NCBI GenBank assembly: GCA_001515985.1
Contig: LOET01000112.1
Span: 1-62,819 of the forward strand
From: Sphingomonadales bacterium BRH_c3
GTDB lineage: Bacteria > Pseudomonadota > Alphaproteobacteria > Sphingomonadales > Sphingomonadaceae
Reading direction: 5' to 3'
Length of the DNA: 62,819 nt
Position numbers and translations under genes: made by a program. Shown one piece after another: positions 1-9,131 of the stretch. The notes under the pieces are model-generated. The model was not told the DNA's origin. It worked only from the letters and a program-made list of their open reading frames with translations, and made no database searches. Each line of letters starts with the position of its first letter. Position 1 is the stretch's first letter.

Positions 1-776
1 CGATGATCAAGAATGACGTTCACCATCGCCGCCAGCATCCACACGTCCGTATCCGGGCGAATCGACACGTGCTCGAACCGTGCGGCGGTCTCCGTCCGTC
101 GCGGATCGACCGCCACCACCCGGCCGCGGGCGGCGATCGCGGCCAGATCCTCCCTGATCCGCGGCGCCGTCAGGATCGAACCGTGCGAAACCAGGGGGTT
201 CGCGCCGAACATCAGCAGGAAATCGCACCGGGGCAGATCCGGGATGGCAAGGCGAAACGTCGACCCATAGAGGATGTAGCTGGCCAGCATCCGCGACGAC
301 AGATCGAGCGTTGTAGAGGCAAACAGCTTCCACACGCCGAAATGGGCGAGAAACGGCCGGATGCCCAGCAGCCCTCCGGTGCTGTACGCCGCCGGATTGC
401 CGATATAGTTTGCGATCGCGTCGGGTCCGTCCCGCCGCAGGATTGTCGCAAGCCGCTCGGCGATGTGCGCCATCGCCTCCTCCCACGACACCGGAGCGAA
501 GTCGCCGGGGCCGCCGACGCGCTTGAGCGGGGTGACCACGCGATCGGGATCATAGGCCACCGCAAGTGCCGCCACACCTTTCACGCAGAGATGGCCCTGG
601 GAGGCGAGGTTGTCGGGGTCGGGCCGGATTCGTGTCATCCGCCCATCCGCGACATCCACGCGCAACCCGCAAAACGCCTCGCAGATGCGGCAGAATGTCG
701 TGTGCCGACCATCCTGGCCGGGACGAAGCCGGGGCGGTTGCGCAGAAGGCGAAATTGTGTGCGATCGCATCGTCAT
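1..776 (-). CDS. Molybdopterin-dependent oxidoreductase with N-terminal 4Fe-4S domain (runs off left edge)
   Basis: Not in the ORF track. Manual translation from ATG 776 gives MTMRSHTISP...TFCRICEAFCGLRVDVADG...GHLCVKG...DPDRVVTPLKR...FAPVSWEEA...MFGANPLVSHGS...VDPRRTETA (CxxCxxxC...C Fe4S4 motif). ATGA overlap with the upstream stop. Confidence 0.9.
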   Translation of the reverse strand, partial: MTMRSHTISPSAQPPRLRPGQDGRHTTFCRICEAFCGLRVDVADGRMTRIRPDPDNLASQGHLCVKGVAALAVAYDPDRVVTPLKRVGGPGDFAPVSWEEAMAHIAERLATILRRDGPDAIANYIGNPAAYSTGGLLGIRPFLAHFGVWKLFASTTLDLSSRMLASYILYGSTFRLAIPDLPRCDFLLMFGANPLVSHGSILTAPRIREDLAAIAARGRVVAVDPRRTETAARFEHVSIRPDTDVWMLAAMVNVILDH

Positions 777-1381
777 GGTCCCATCTCCTCGAGCGTCAGG
801 TCGGTGCAATAGGCCGGCGCGCCAGGCTGTTGTCGCCACGCGGTCTCCAGTGTGCCTGCATCGAAGCCGTCGAACCCGCTATCGTCGACCAGCTTGATGG
901 CGATCTCCCGATCGCGCTGGCGTTCTCCGGCAACAGGGATGGCGATGCGACCCGGCTCCCCCGCCTTGCGGCCTTTGCGGGAGAAGGAATCGGAACCGAT
1001 CGCGTTCCACGCCTTCACCATCGGCCGACCGAGCTGCTCGCGCACCCATTCCGCCTCTATCTGGCCGGCCTCGATCGCCGCGATCGCGCCGTCCCGGCCC
1101 GGATAATAATTGGACGTGTCGATCAGCACGCCATACTCGGGAAGGGTGCTTACCAGCTCCCTCAGAGCTTCGAAGGCAGTCGGCGGAACCGAAAGGATCG
1201 CAACGCCGATATCGGTCAACGCTTCCGATTGGGTCACCGCCCGCGCGCCGGTCTCCAGCACGTCGGCAGGGATGGTGTCGGGCCCACGCGAATTGGCCAC
1301 CTTCACGTCATGGCCGGCTGCGGCGAGCGTTCGCGCGTTCTTCTTGCCGATCTGGCCGGTTCCAAGAAGTCCGATCTTCAT
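773..1381 (-). CDS. NADPH-dependent F420 reductase-like (F420_oxidored family) oxidoreductase
   Basis: MKIGLLGTGQIG Rossmann motif, ANSRGP, IDTSNYYPGRDG, KAWN, WRQQPGAPAYCTDL; GGAGG RBS before ATG 1381. Confidence 0.85.
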   Translation of the reverse strand: MKIGLLGTGQIGKKNARTLAAAGHDVKVANSRGPDTIPADVLETGARAVTQSEALTDIGVAILSVPPTAFEALRELVSTLPEYGVLIDTSNYYPGRDGAIAAIEAGQIEAEWVREQLGRPMVKAWNAIGSDSFSRKGRKAGEPGRIAIPVAGERQRDREIAIKLVDDSGFDGFDAGTLETAWRQQPGAPAYCTDLTLEEMGP

Positions 1382-1451
1382 TCGATGTCCTCCAGATAAG
1401 CGCCGCATGCCCGGGCCGACGGTAGCCGATTTGCTCGCCGCCCCGCACCGG

Positions 1452-1720
1452 TCAGAGCCGTTCGATGATCATCACATTGGCGAGGCCGCCACCTTCGCAC
1501 ATCGTCTGAACCCCGTAGCGCTCGCTACGTGCTGCCAGCGCGTTGATGAGCGTCGCCATCAGCTTCGCCCCGGTCGCGCCGAGCGGATGACCAAGCGCGA
1601 TCGCGCCGCCGTTGACGTTCAGCCACGCAGGATCGGCGTGAAGATGCGCGAGCCATGCCATCGGTACGGGCGCGAAGGCCTCGTACACCTCGTACAGGTC
1701 GATATCCTCGATCCGCATAA
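1452..1720 (-). pseudogene. Thiolase C-terminal fragment (5' part lost)
   Basis: DIDLYEVYEAF...NVNGGAIALGHPLGATG...TMCEGGGLANVMIIERL, only about 90 aa. The conserved NEAF reads YEAF. Close paralog of the C-terminus of 17623..18783. Confidence 0.85.
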
Positions 1721-1769
1721 ACGAGATAGGCTGCATCCTAGTGCTCCTAAGCGACTCTTCGTCGCAGGG

Positions 1770-1841
1770 GGAGGCTGGTTAGCGTTTGACTGACAGCTCC
1801 TCTTCAGCGGGGAGAGAGGTTAGCGTTAGCTTGACAGCTCC
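1770..1841 (+). mobile_element. Two tandem orphan IS6-family right ends
   Basis: GGAGGCTGGTTAGCGTTTGACTGACAGCTCC (1770-1800) and GGAGAGAGGTTAGCGTTAGCTTGACAGCTCC (1811-1841) match the end of the intact IS6 (61373-61403) at 24/31 and 22/31 positions by manual count. Confidence 0.75.
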
Positions 1842-1860
1842 GATCCCGGGTGTCGCAAGG

Positions 1861-2595
1861 CTATCTGTTCGGCTCGCCATCATAGCGCGCCAACATTTGC
1901 CTCTCGATTGCACTGGTAGCTCCTGGCATGGCGAGGGCATCCAGCATTTCCATGTGAAGCCGGAATGCCAAGGGCTGTTCATCACCAAGACTCATAACAG
2001 CATTTGCCAGCTCGGCGGCGCGTGTCATGAGTCCGGCCCTAGGAACCACCTCGTTGATCAGGCCCCAGTCCAGCGCAGTGGGTGCAGAAATCAATTCTCC
2101 AGTCAGCATCATCTGCCGGGCCCGGCGCACGCCAATGGCGGAGGTCAGCAAGGTACCGCCGCCCCAGCGCGGAAACATTCCCACCTTGCAATGGGTATCG
2201 GCGAAACGAGCTTCCGGAGTGGCAACAGCAAAATCGCACGACAGCATGATTTCGAGGGCACCAGTGATACAAGGCCCGTCTACCGCAGCAATTACTGGCT
2301 TGGATGCCTCACGCAGCGCAGTTGCTGGGTCGGGATGAAAGCGAGGCGCACCAGGCACCAGATCCTTGAGATCAACTCCCGCGCTAAAGGCCTCTCCAGC
2401 CCCAGTAATGACTATCGCGGCGACATCCTTGTCTACATCTGCCGCAGCTATGATGCCTGCGAATTCGACCCTCATTTCTCGGGTCATCGCATTGCGGACC
2501 TTGGGACGATTCAATACAACATAGCGCACGCGGTTACGGTCTGTAACAACTATGTATTCTTCACTGCCGGCGAGTAGATCCTCAATCGAAATCAT
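1861..2595 (-). CDS. Enoyl-CoA hydratase/isomerase (crotonase family)
   Basis: LNRPKVRNAM, AFSAGVDL, KPVIAAVDGPCITGALE, ARFADTH; lacks the second canonical Glu. Confidence 0.9.
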   Translation of the reverse strand: MISIEDLLAGSEEYIVVTDRNRVRYVVLNRPKVRNAMTREMRVEFAGIIAAADVDKDVAAIVITGAGEAFSAGVDLKDLVPGAPRFHPDPATALREASKPVIAAVDGPCITGALEIMLSCDFAVATPEARFADTHCKVGMFPRWGGGTLLTSAIGVRRARQMMLTGELISAPTALDWGLINEVVPRAGLMTRAAELANAVMSLGDEQPLAFRLHMEMLDALAMPGATSAIERQMLARYDGEPNR

Positions 2596-2675
2596 GCGGC
2601 CTTACCTGCTCTGGATTAGTCGGATCGTAGTGGGTGGGCCCACGCGGCAGGCGGCGGCGGGGACGCTGCGGAGAT

Positions 2676-3005
2676 TTAGTCGATAGGGATGTGCACGACT
2701 TTCGGAATTTCAAACCTTCCGACGTAGTCCGATATGACATTGGCAGCGATGCGGTCCGGATCATTTAGATAGTTTGTGTTCTGGGCGATGAAGTCCCCAT
2801 TGAAGCTAACGGCCCACATGAACCGGTTGCCTGGGATGTCAGCCACTGCGAATTCAACAACGAATCCAGCCGCGCGACGCAGTTTGACGATCTTGCGCCA
2901 GCAGCGAAGAAATTCCGCCCAACCGCCATTTTTGACCTGGTAAACTTTTAACTCGACGGTGCGACCATCCTTGAGCTCTGCCAGTGTTTTGATTGAGGTG
3001 TTCAT
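2676..3005 (-). CDS. Small hypothetical protein, NIPSNAP-like dimeric alpha-beta barrel
   Basis: 109 aa; VELKVYQVKNGGWAEFLRCW...GFVVEFA...NRFMW pattern typical of NIPSNAP; GGAGG RBS. Confidence 0.65.
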   Translation of the reverse strand: MNTSIKTLAELKDGRTVELKVYQVKNGGWAEFLRCWRKIVKLRRAAGFVVEFAVADIPGNRFMWAVSFNGDFIAQNTNYLNDPDRIAANVISDYVGRFEIPKVVHIPID

Positions 3006-3059
3006 CGATGCCTCCGGGAATGCAATGGTTTTGGAATCAAGACCCCGCGTGGGGGGCGT

Positions 3060-3386
3060 TCAAGATTGCAGATCCTCGGGCGAAGCCGCGAGTGCGTCGT
3101 AACGGGTGCCGGCCCACAAGGTATGAGCGAAATCCCCGAACTTTCCAAGATAGAAGCGGTTCTTCAGATCGAAGCCCTTGTCATAGCGATGGACCCAGGT
3201 GATCCGCTCGTTGGCGATGTCCGCACAAGCAAAGATCACCTTAAAGCCTTCCGGCTTGTATTCCGCAAAGGCCTGCTGGAACGCAGCAACCGCATCCTCG
3301 ATCCGGCCCTTCTGGACCTCCATGACGTTCACCTCAATGGTTGAGCCATCGTCGATCAAGCCAAAATCGGCCGGGTTAAGTTGCAT
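3060..3386 (-). CDS. Small hypothetical protein, divergent NIPSNAP-like paralog
   Basis: 108 aa; aligns by eye with the neighbour (DG-TIEV/DG-TVEL, GFKVIFACADIANERITW vs GFVVEFAVADIPGNRFMW); GAGAGG RBS. Confidence 0.6.
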   Translation of the reverse strand: MQLNPADFGLIDDGSTIEVNVMEVQKGRIEDAVAAFQQAFAEYKPEGFKVIFACADIANERITWVHRYDKGFDLKNRFYLGKFGDFAHTLWAGTRYDALAASPEDLQS

Positions 3387-3786
3387 GGTCAGCCTCTCGA
3401 TCTCGTTGATGCTTCGACTTGCGCCTAGTGCTAATATTGAATGTTTGAGTTGCTACTATGCATTGCTCATTGCGCAAATCAACTTGCGCTGCCCCGCCGC
3501 CCGGATTGATCGCATATGTAAAGCAATTACTGATAGCCTCACCCGACCCGCGATCACGGCACCGCCGTGGTACTGAAAGCAGTACTGGTCGTTCAGCGTA
3601 GTTCCACGCGCGGCTTGTTCCATGGTGGCCCTTGAGCAGCAGCGGATTGAACAGAGCCTGCTCTGAGGCGGGGACGGGGGCGAGTCGGCCAAAGCCGCCG
3701 AGCAAGAACACCAGCATACGGCTGGCCTTGTCGACCTTACTCAGCAGTTCGCGCGGCAAAGACGGGCTTGGACCGGCAATGGCCGC

Positions 3787-4347
3787 GACGTTTTCGCTCA
3801 AGGCATGTTCCAGAAAACCGACGGGAGCTATCATTTGGACACGGCCGGAATCGACATCGGACTGCGCGACCACTCCGCCCGCTCCACCGAAATGATCGCT
3901 GTGGCTGTGGGTGTAGATTACAGCCACAACGGGACGCGCACCAAGCTGTGCATTTGTAAGGGCCAGGGCCGCCTTGGCCACTTCTGTCGAGCGGAGGGGA
4001 TCGATCACGATCCAGCCCGTTTTGCCGGCTATGAAAGTGACGTTTGCAGTATCGAAACCGCGCACCTGCCAGACGCCCTCCGTCACATTGAAGAGGCCAT
4101 GCCACCGGAGCAATTGCGACTGACGCCATAGGCTGGCGTTGACAGTTGCGGGCGCCTGATCTTCAAGGAAATCGAAGGCCGACAGGTCCCAGACCACGCG
4201 GCCTTGCCTATCCAATATCTGCGGTTCGGCTCGCGTCGCAACAAAGCCGCGCTCTACAAAGGAATAATCTTGCCGATCGGTCCAATCGGGCTGTGCCTGC
4301 GCCGCGCTGGCCAGCGCAAGGAACACGAAGGTTATGATATTCTTCAT
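3787..4347 (-). pseudogene. Alkyl sulfatase (SdsA1/YjcS-like MBL fold), N-terminal fragment
   Basis: Signal peptide MKNIITFVFLALASAAQA, TVNASLWRQ, WQVRGFD, YTHSHSDHFGG. Similarity stops at EHALSENV after about 187 aa; the rest of the ORF reads through unrelated DNA. Confidence 0.85.
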
Positions 4348-4540
4348 CGGGGCCGATCCTTCTTTGGTGCAACAGGTGGTGCAGCTGCGATCACCGATTA
4401 TGTCGCGGGGCTTACAACGTCGAAACTGGACGACCCGCAATGGAGCTTCCTATCGATCAATATTGCATTGGCCCTCTCGATATCCATTGGTCGGCCGCAC
4501 TTTGCTCGTCCTGGCCAATTGGGTATCGCCGGGGCCGCAA

Positions 4541-5017
4541 TCAGGCCGCGGGCCGCTTCTTCAGCAGCACCTTGCGGTCCACTTGGGCCACCACTTGCTG
4601 CTCTTGGTTCACGCCGAAGTGCCGGTAGACGATGATCCCCGCATCGGCACGGTCTGAATCGGATTTCTCGAGAACTTCGGAATAAGCGTAGAGCGTATCA
4701 CCGTGATGAACCGGTTTGGTCAGCCGAATGTTGTCGAGACCCAATTCCATTAGCGCATTCTCGCAGCAGTCCTGCGACGCCAACCCCAGCACGAGCGAGA
4801 AGTTCACCCCGCCATAGGACAGGATCTTGCCAAAGCTTGATCGCGACATCTTATCTTTGTTGAAGTGCCCGTCGGCACTGTTCATCACAAGATTTGTGAT
4901 GAGGACGTTCTCAAGGTTGGTCACGGTCTTGCCGCGCGAATGGCGGATCACCATCCCGACCTCAAAATCCTCGAAGTAGTTCTTCGACCCGGTGAGGTTG
5001 CTTGGGCTGCTCATCAC
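4541..5017 (-). CDS. MaoC-family (hot-dog) dehydratase, resembling the C-terminal half of mesaconyl-CoA hydratase
   Basis: YFEDFEVG, HSRGKTVT, NSADGHFN, LSYGGVNFSL, PVHHGDTLYAYSEV; GTGA overlap with the upstream MaoC gene. Confidence 0.85.
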   Translation of the reverse strand: MMSSPSNLTGSKNYFEDFEVGMVIRHSRGKTVTNLENVLITNLVMNSADGHFNKDKMSRSSFGKILSYGGVNFSLVLGLASQDCCENALMELGLDNIRLTKPVHHGDTLYAYSEVLEKSDSDRADAGIIVYRHFGVNQEQQVVAQVDRKVLLKKRPAA

Positions 5018-5505
5018 TTGCCCTCCCCGCGCCGGCGCACCAGATTTGAACGCCGGAAGCTGACCAGAAGATCGCCGTCTTCGTCTCGTCCCTCGGTTTC
5101 CCAGGTGACAATTCCCATCTCTGGATTGCTCCCCGACACCCGCATGTCGACCGTGGTGCTGCTCGCCGTCAGCGTCACGCCGGGATAGGCCGGCTTGTGA
5201 TAGACAAGGTTGTATACGCCGAGGAACGGCCCGCCGATTTCGCTGCAGTCCTCTACGCTGAGCCCCAGCGTAACGTTGAACAAAAGCTGCGGGTTCAGCA
5301 CGACATCAGGATGACCGTGCGACTTGGCATAAGTGCGATTGAAGTACAGCGGGACGAATGAGAGCGTAAGCGTACTGAACAACGCATTGTCGCTTTCAAA
5401 TATCGTCCTGCCCCAGTGATGCTCGAACTTCTGGCCAACATGAAAGTCCTCGTAGAGGTTTCCTTTCGGCCACAGCACCGCCTTTTCGATGAATTCAGCA
5501 GCCAT
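5014..5505 (-). CDS. MaoC-family (hot-dog) dehydratase
   Basis: GNLYEDFHVG, HHWGRTIFESDNALF, PLYFN, LGLSVEDCS; start overlaps the ALDH 3' end. Confidence 0.85.
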   Translation of the reverse strand: MAAEFIEKAVLWPKGNLYEDFHVGQKFEHHWGRTIFESDNALFSTLTLSFVPLYFNRTYAKSHGHPDVVLNPQLLFNVTLGLSVEDCSEIGGPFLGVYNLVYHKPAYPGVTLTASSTTVDMRVSGSNPEMGIVTWETEGRDEDGDLLVSFRRSNLVRRRGEGK

Positions 5506-6949
5506 TGTAATATTGACCCCCGATGTTGATCGTTATGCATTTAAGCTGGGTATAATGGTGCAGGGCCTCGATCCCCTTTTCCCGGCCATATCCACTCTGT
5601 TTGTAGCCGCCCAATGGCGTCTCGACGCCTCCAGCCTGGTATTCATTGATGTAAATCTGGCCAGCTTCAAGCTGGGCTGCTACGCGGTGGGCACGTCCCA
5701 GATCGCGGGTCCAAATCCCGGCGGCTAAGCCATACTCGCTGTCGTTGGCAATGCGTACTGCGTCAAGCTCATCCTTGAACGGCAGAACGGCCAGTACTGG
5801 CCCAAAGATTTCCTCCTTGGCGATGCGCATGTCCGGGCGGACTCCGGTGAAGACGGTCGGGCGTACATACCAGCCTCCCTGCGCCTCATCGTCGCTCAGC
5901 ACCCGGCCGCCGGCGGCAAGGGTAGCCCCGTCCGCAACGCCGACTTCGAAGTAGGACTGCACCTTTTCATACTGCGCGGCAGTGGTGATTGCGCCCACCA
6001 GCGCGTCGGCACCGGGACCGACCTTGACCGCTTCAACCGCCTCAACCAGCTTGGCGACGAACGCGTCGTGGATGGATTCCTGCACCAGAAGGCGTGTACC
6101 CGCCAGGCAGATCTGCCCGGCATTGATGCAGAAAGCTCGTACGGCACCAGAGACGGCTGCATCAAGGTCGGCTTCTTCGAAAACGATGTTTGCCGATTTT
6201 CCGCCCAGTTCGAGTGTCAGGGGAATGACCCGCTCGGCAGCGATTCTGCCTATTTCGCGGCCGGCCCGCAAGCTGCCAGTGAAGGCCACCTTGCGGATCA
6301 GTGGGTGCGATACCAGTGCTGCGCCGGTTTCTGCGCCGACGCCCTGGACTACATTAAGCACGCCTTTCGGCAGGCCGCATTCCTCGACCGCCAGCCGCGC
6401 AAGCATCGCGAGCGTACCGGGCGTTTCTTCAGACGGCTTTGCCACGACGACATTACCTGCAGTCAGCGCAGGTGCGATGCCGCGTGCCGCCTGATTGAGG
6501 GGGGCATTCCACGGCAGGATCACGCCAACCACGCCGAACGGTTCACGTAGTGTGTACGAATGATAGCTGGGCCCCAGGTCGATGATCTCACCATGATTGA
6601 TGTTGACCAGACCGGCGTAGAATTCGAAATACTTCGCCACCCCTTCAACTTCACGCAGCGCCTGCCACGCAGGCTTCCCGGTTTCCTGGCCTTCAAGTTC
6701 GGCAAACTTTTCGGCGTTCTCGCGCAGCTTTCCAGCAATCGCATAGAGTATGCGGCCTCGCTCGATTGGCGGCCGGTTATGCCAAGTGGGGTAGGCCTGC
6801 CAGGCATAACGAACCGCCGCGTCCACGTCGGCAGCCGATCCGACAGCTACTTCACCGATTTTCTTGCCGGTGCTGGGAGACAGCTTGTCGATATATCGAC
6901 CAGTTTCCGGTTCGACATCCTGGCCAATAAAATGAAGGCGTCGGAACAT
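5495..6949 (-). CDS. Aldehyde dehydrogenase
   Basis: PWNAP, KPSEETP, FTGS, LELGGKS, GQICLAG catalytic Cys, EEIFGPV, GGYKQSGYGRE; GAGG RBS before ATG 6949. Confidence 0.95.
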   Translation of the reverse strand: MFRRLHFIGQDVEPETGRYIDKLSPSTGKKIGEVAVGSAADVDAAVRYAWQAYPTWHNRPPIERGRILYAIAGKLRENAEKFAELEGQETGKPAWQALREVEGVAKYFEFYAGLVNINHGEIIDLGPSYHSYTLREPFGVVGVILPWNAPLNQAARGIAPALTAGNVVVAKPSEETPGTLAMLARLAVEECGLPKGVLNVVQGVGAETGAALVSHPLIRKVAFTGSLRAGREIGRIAAERVIPLTLELGGKSANIVFEEADLDAAVSGAVRAFCINAGQICLAGTRLLVQESIHDAFVAKLVEAVEAVKVGPGADALVGAITTAAQYEKVQSYFEVGVADGATLAAGGRVLSDDEAQGGWYVRPTVFTGVRPDMRIAKEEIFGPVLAVLPFKDELDAVRIANDSEYGLAAGIWTRDLGRAHRVAAQLEAGQIYINEYQAGGVETPLGGYKQSGYGREKGIEALHHYTQLKCITINIGGQYYNGC

Positions 6950-7392
6950 GGCATTACCTCGCAAGGTTGACTGGGCAGCGCTGCAATAGGCTCAGGATCT
7001 GGTGCGCAGCGAACTCGGATCCACTCAATTAATAATCTGCTTTCTGCTTGAATTGTCCAGATACACCGCGTTAGCAACACTGTTTTCCGGGGCCGGGAAC
7101 GGCCATTTCATATTTAATATAGCGGGAGGTCCGTTTTGCGCGGCGTCTTCGTGGAAGACGCGCGGGCCCGCGATTGGCGCCACGGCTGGCAGGATCGCCA
7201 CGCACCGGAATTCGAGTCGACAAGCGTTGATCACAACTACAGTACCTCCGGTCGCGCTGTAGGCTAAATATCAGAGTTGTTGCGTCTTAGCGGTCGCTAC
7301 ACCCCAAACACGTCTGTCGAACATCAAATAAATCGGCTGCGCCTTGATGGAGGCGAAATGAAGCATGTAAAATCGGAAGGTTCGCAATGGGC

Positions 7393-7418
7393 ACCTAATG
7401 GAACGACTACCATTAGGT
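7393..7418. promoter_or_regulatory. Perfect 9-8-9 inverted repeat in an AT-rich divergent intergenic region
   Basis: ACCTAATGG-AACGACTA-CCATTAGGT. Confidence 0.5.
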
Positions 7419-7581
7419 ACAGTTTTTGCAGACTTCGTTAATACGTATAAATCACGTTATATCCTCGCAGAGCACGCTTAACTACACGTTAGCCCTTAAG
7501 TCCTTTCCTTCATTTGAATATTAGATCTATTTTACAGCAATTACTTCTCAATGCGAGATGGATATTGTTGCACCGCAATGC

Positions 7582-7595
7582 ATAACATGTGTAAT
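7582..7595. promoter_or_regulatory. Copy of the shared palindrome ATTRCA-NN-TGYAAT
   Basis: ATAACATGTGTAAT, 1 mismatch, about 144 bp before ACAD 7739; related GTTGCACCGCAAT lies just upstream. Confidence 0.6.
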
Positions 7596-7738
7596 GCCTC
7601 TCGCCGGACTATGGACACGGTAATCTGCGGCTACATAAGGATACCAGAAAGTGACCCTGAACAGCCTATGCTGTACATAAATGGTAGCAATTCACTAAGC
7701 GGCTCGTCTGCGCCGCTCGCAATTTGGAGCTGCGAATA

Positions 7739-8932
7739 ATGGCCCTTCATCTTAGTGCCGCAGACGAAGCTTTCCAAAATGAGGTTCGAGAATTTCTCGC
7801 CGAGAACCTGACCGATGACCTTCGCCTCGCGGGGCGAATGTGTGCGGGAATGTACTGTGATCGGCCCATTGCCCAGCGCTGGTTGGCGATCCTGAACGAA
7901 CGGGGCTGGGCGACGCCCGGCTGGCCCATGGAATACGGCGGCCAGGACTGGTCGGACGTGCAGCATTACGTGTTTAAGAGTGAGCTGACCGCAGCAGACG
8001 CCCCGCCGATCACGCCCAATGCCACCGGTATGTTGGGTCCGGTATTGATGGCGTTCGGAACGCCGACTCAGAAAGAGCGGTATCTGCCGCACATCCCAAC
8101 CGGCGAGGACTGGTGGGCACAGGGATTCTCCGAACCGGGCGCCGGCTCCGATTTAGCCCGGTTACAGTGTAGGGCGGTTCGAGATGGCGACGGCTATGTG
8201 CTCAACGGCTCGAAGATCTGGACTTCGCACGCACATTGGTCGAATCGGATGTTCGCGTTGGTGCGCACCAGCACCGAGGGAAAGCCCCAGGCCGGCATCA
8301 GCTTCATGGTGTTCGACCTCGACCTGCCTGGCATATCGATCCGGCCGATCATCACCCTGTCGGGCGATCACGAGGTCAACGAAGTCTTCTTCGACAACGT
8401 GCGGATACCGCTGGACGCCTTGGTTGGCGAGGAGAACGGCGGGTGGGGTGTTGCCAAGTACCTGCTCAATCACGAGCGCGGCAACATCTATGCGCCCCGG
8501 CTATGGCGACGGGTGCGCCGGCTCAAGACGATCCTGGCCGCCCAGGCTCGGAGCGACGTGGGAAGCGCGCAGCGGCTCGGTCGCAAGATTGCCGCGACGA
8601 TTCTCGAAGTTGAAGTGGTGGAAGCGACCGAACATAGGATCATTTCAGCCCTGTCGCAGGGGGAGCGGCGCAGCGCAGACAGTTCGATGCTCAAGCTTAT
8701 GGGCACAGAGCTGATCCAGAAGTTGGACGAGCTCGAAGTCGAATTGGCGAGCATCTACGCCATCCCTGATCAGGGCGATGCCGTCCGCGACTTGCGCCCC
8801 GACCGTGCGATCGGCCCTGTCGATTCCGTGAGCACAATGTCTCGCTATTTCAATTTTCGGGCCTGTACAATCTATGCGGGGTCCAGCGAGGTACAGCGCA
8901 ATATCCTGTCAAATCTGCTGCTCTCGGCGTGA
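7739..8932 (+). CDS. Acyl-CoA dehydrogenase, PimC/FadE26-like large subunit
   Basis: WAQGFSEPGAGSDLA, NGSKIWTS, NEVFFDNV, LNHER, TIYAGSSEVQRNI. Confidence 0.93.
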   Translation: MALHLSAADEAFQNEVREFLAENLTDDLRLAGRMCAGMYCDRPIAQRWLAILNERGWATPGWPMEYGGQDWSDVQHYVFKSELTAADAPPITPNATGMLGPVLMAFGTPTQKERYLPHIPTGEDWWAQGFSEPGAGSDLARLQCRAVRDGDGYVLNGSKIWTSHAHWSNRMFALVRTSTEGKPQAGISFMVFDLDLPGISIRPIITLSGDHEVNEVFFDNVRIPLDALVGEENGGWGVAKYLLNHERGNIYAPRLWRRVRRLKTILAAQARSDVGSAQRLGRKIAATILEVEVVEATEHRIISALSQGERRSADSSMLKLMGTELIQKLDELEVELASIYAIPDQGDAVRDLRPDRAIGPVDSVSTMSRYFNFRACTIYAGSSEVQRNILSNLLLSA

Positions 8933-9131
8933 GCAAGGATATGTGGGACGTGATGATAACTACGGCGCCCGCAAGCGAGCTCTGCTGGCAAAGTTGGCTC
9001 TGCCTGACATCCAGTGATGACTTGCGGCTAGCCTCCATTTTTGGGCATGGCCCGGCGTTTCAGAATGGGCCAGCGTAATTGAGCGGCTTCGCTTAGCGGA
9101 CGCTGCATTTGTTTTTATCGGGAGACAGATT

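Noticed and set aside
3-812. Long plus-strand ORF (269 aa) and many similar antisense ORFs across the window
   Set aside because: Shadows of real opposite-strand genes in GC-rich DNA; Arg/Pro-rich with no motifs.
1770-1841. Direct repeats as a mini-CRISPR array
   Set aside because: Only two imperfect copies with a 10-bp spacer, no cas genes, and a better match to the IS6 end.
8933-9131. Collapsed small-subunit ACAD after 7739
   Set aside because: Only a few residues of resemblance; not supportable.
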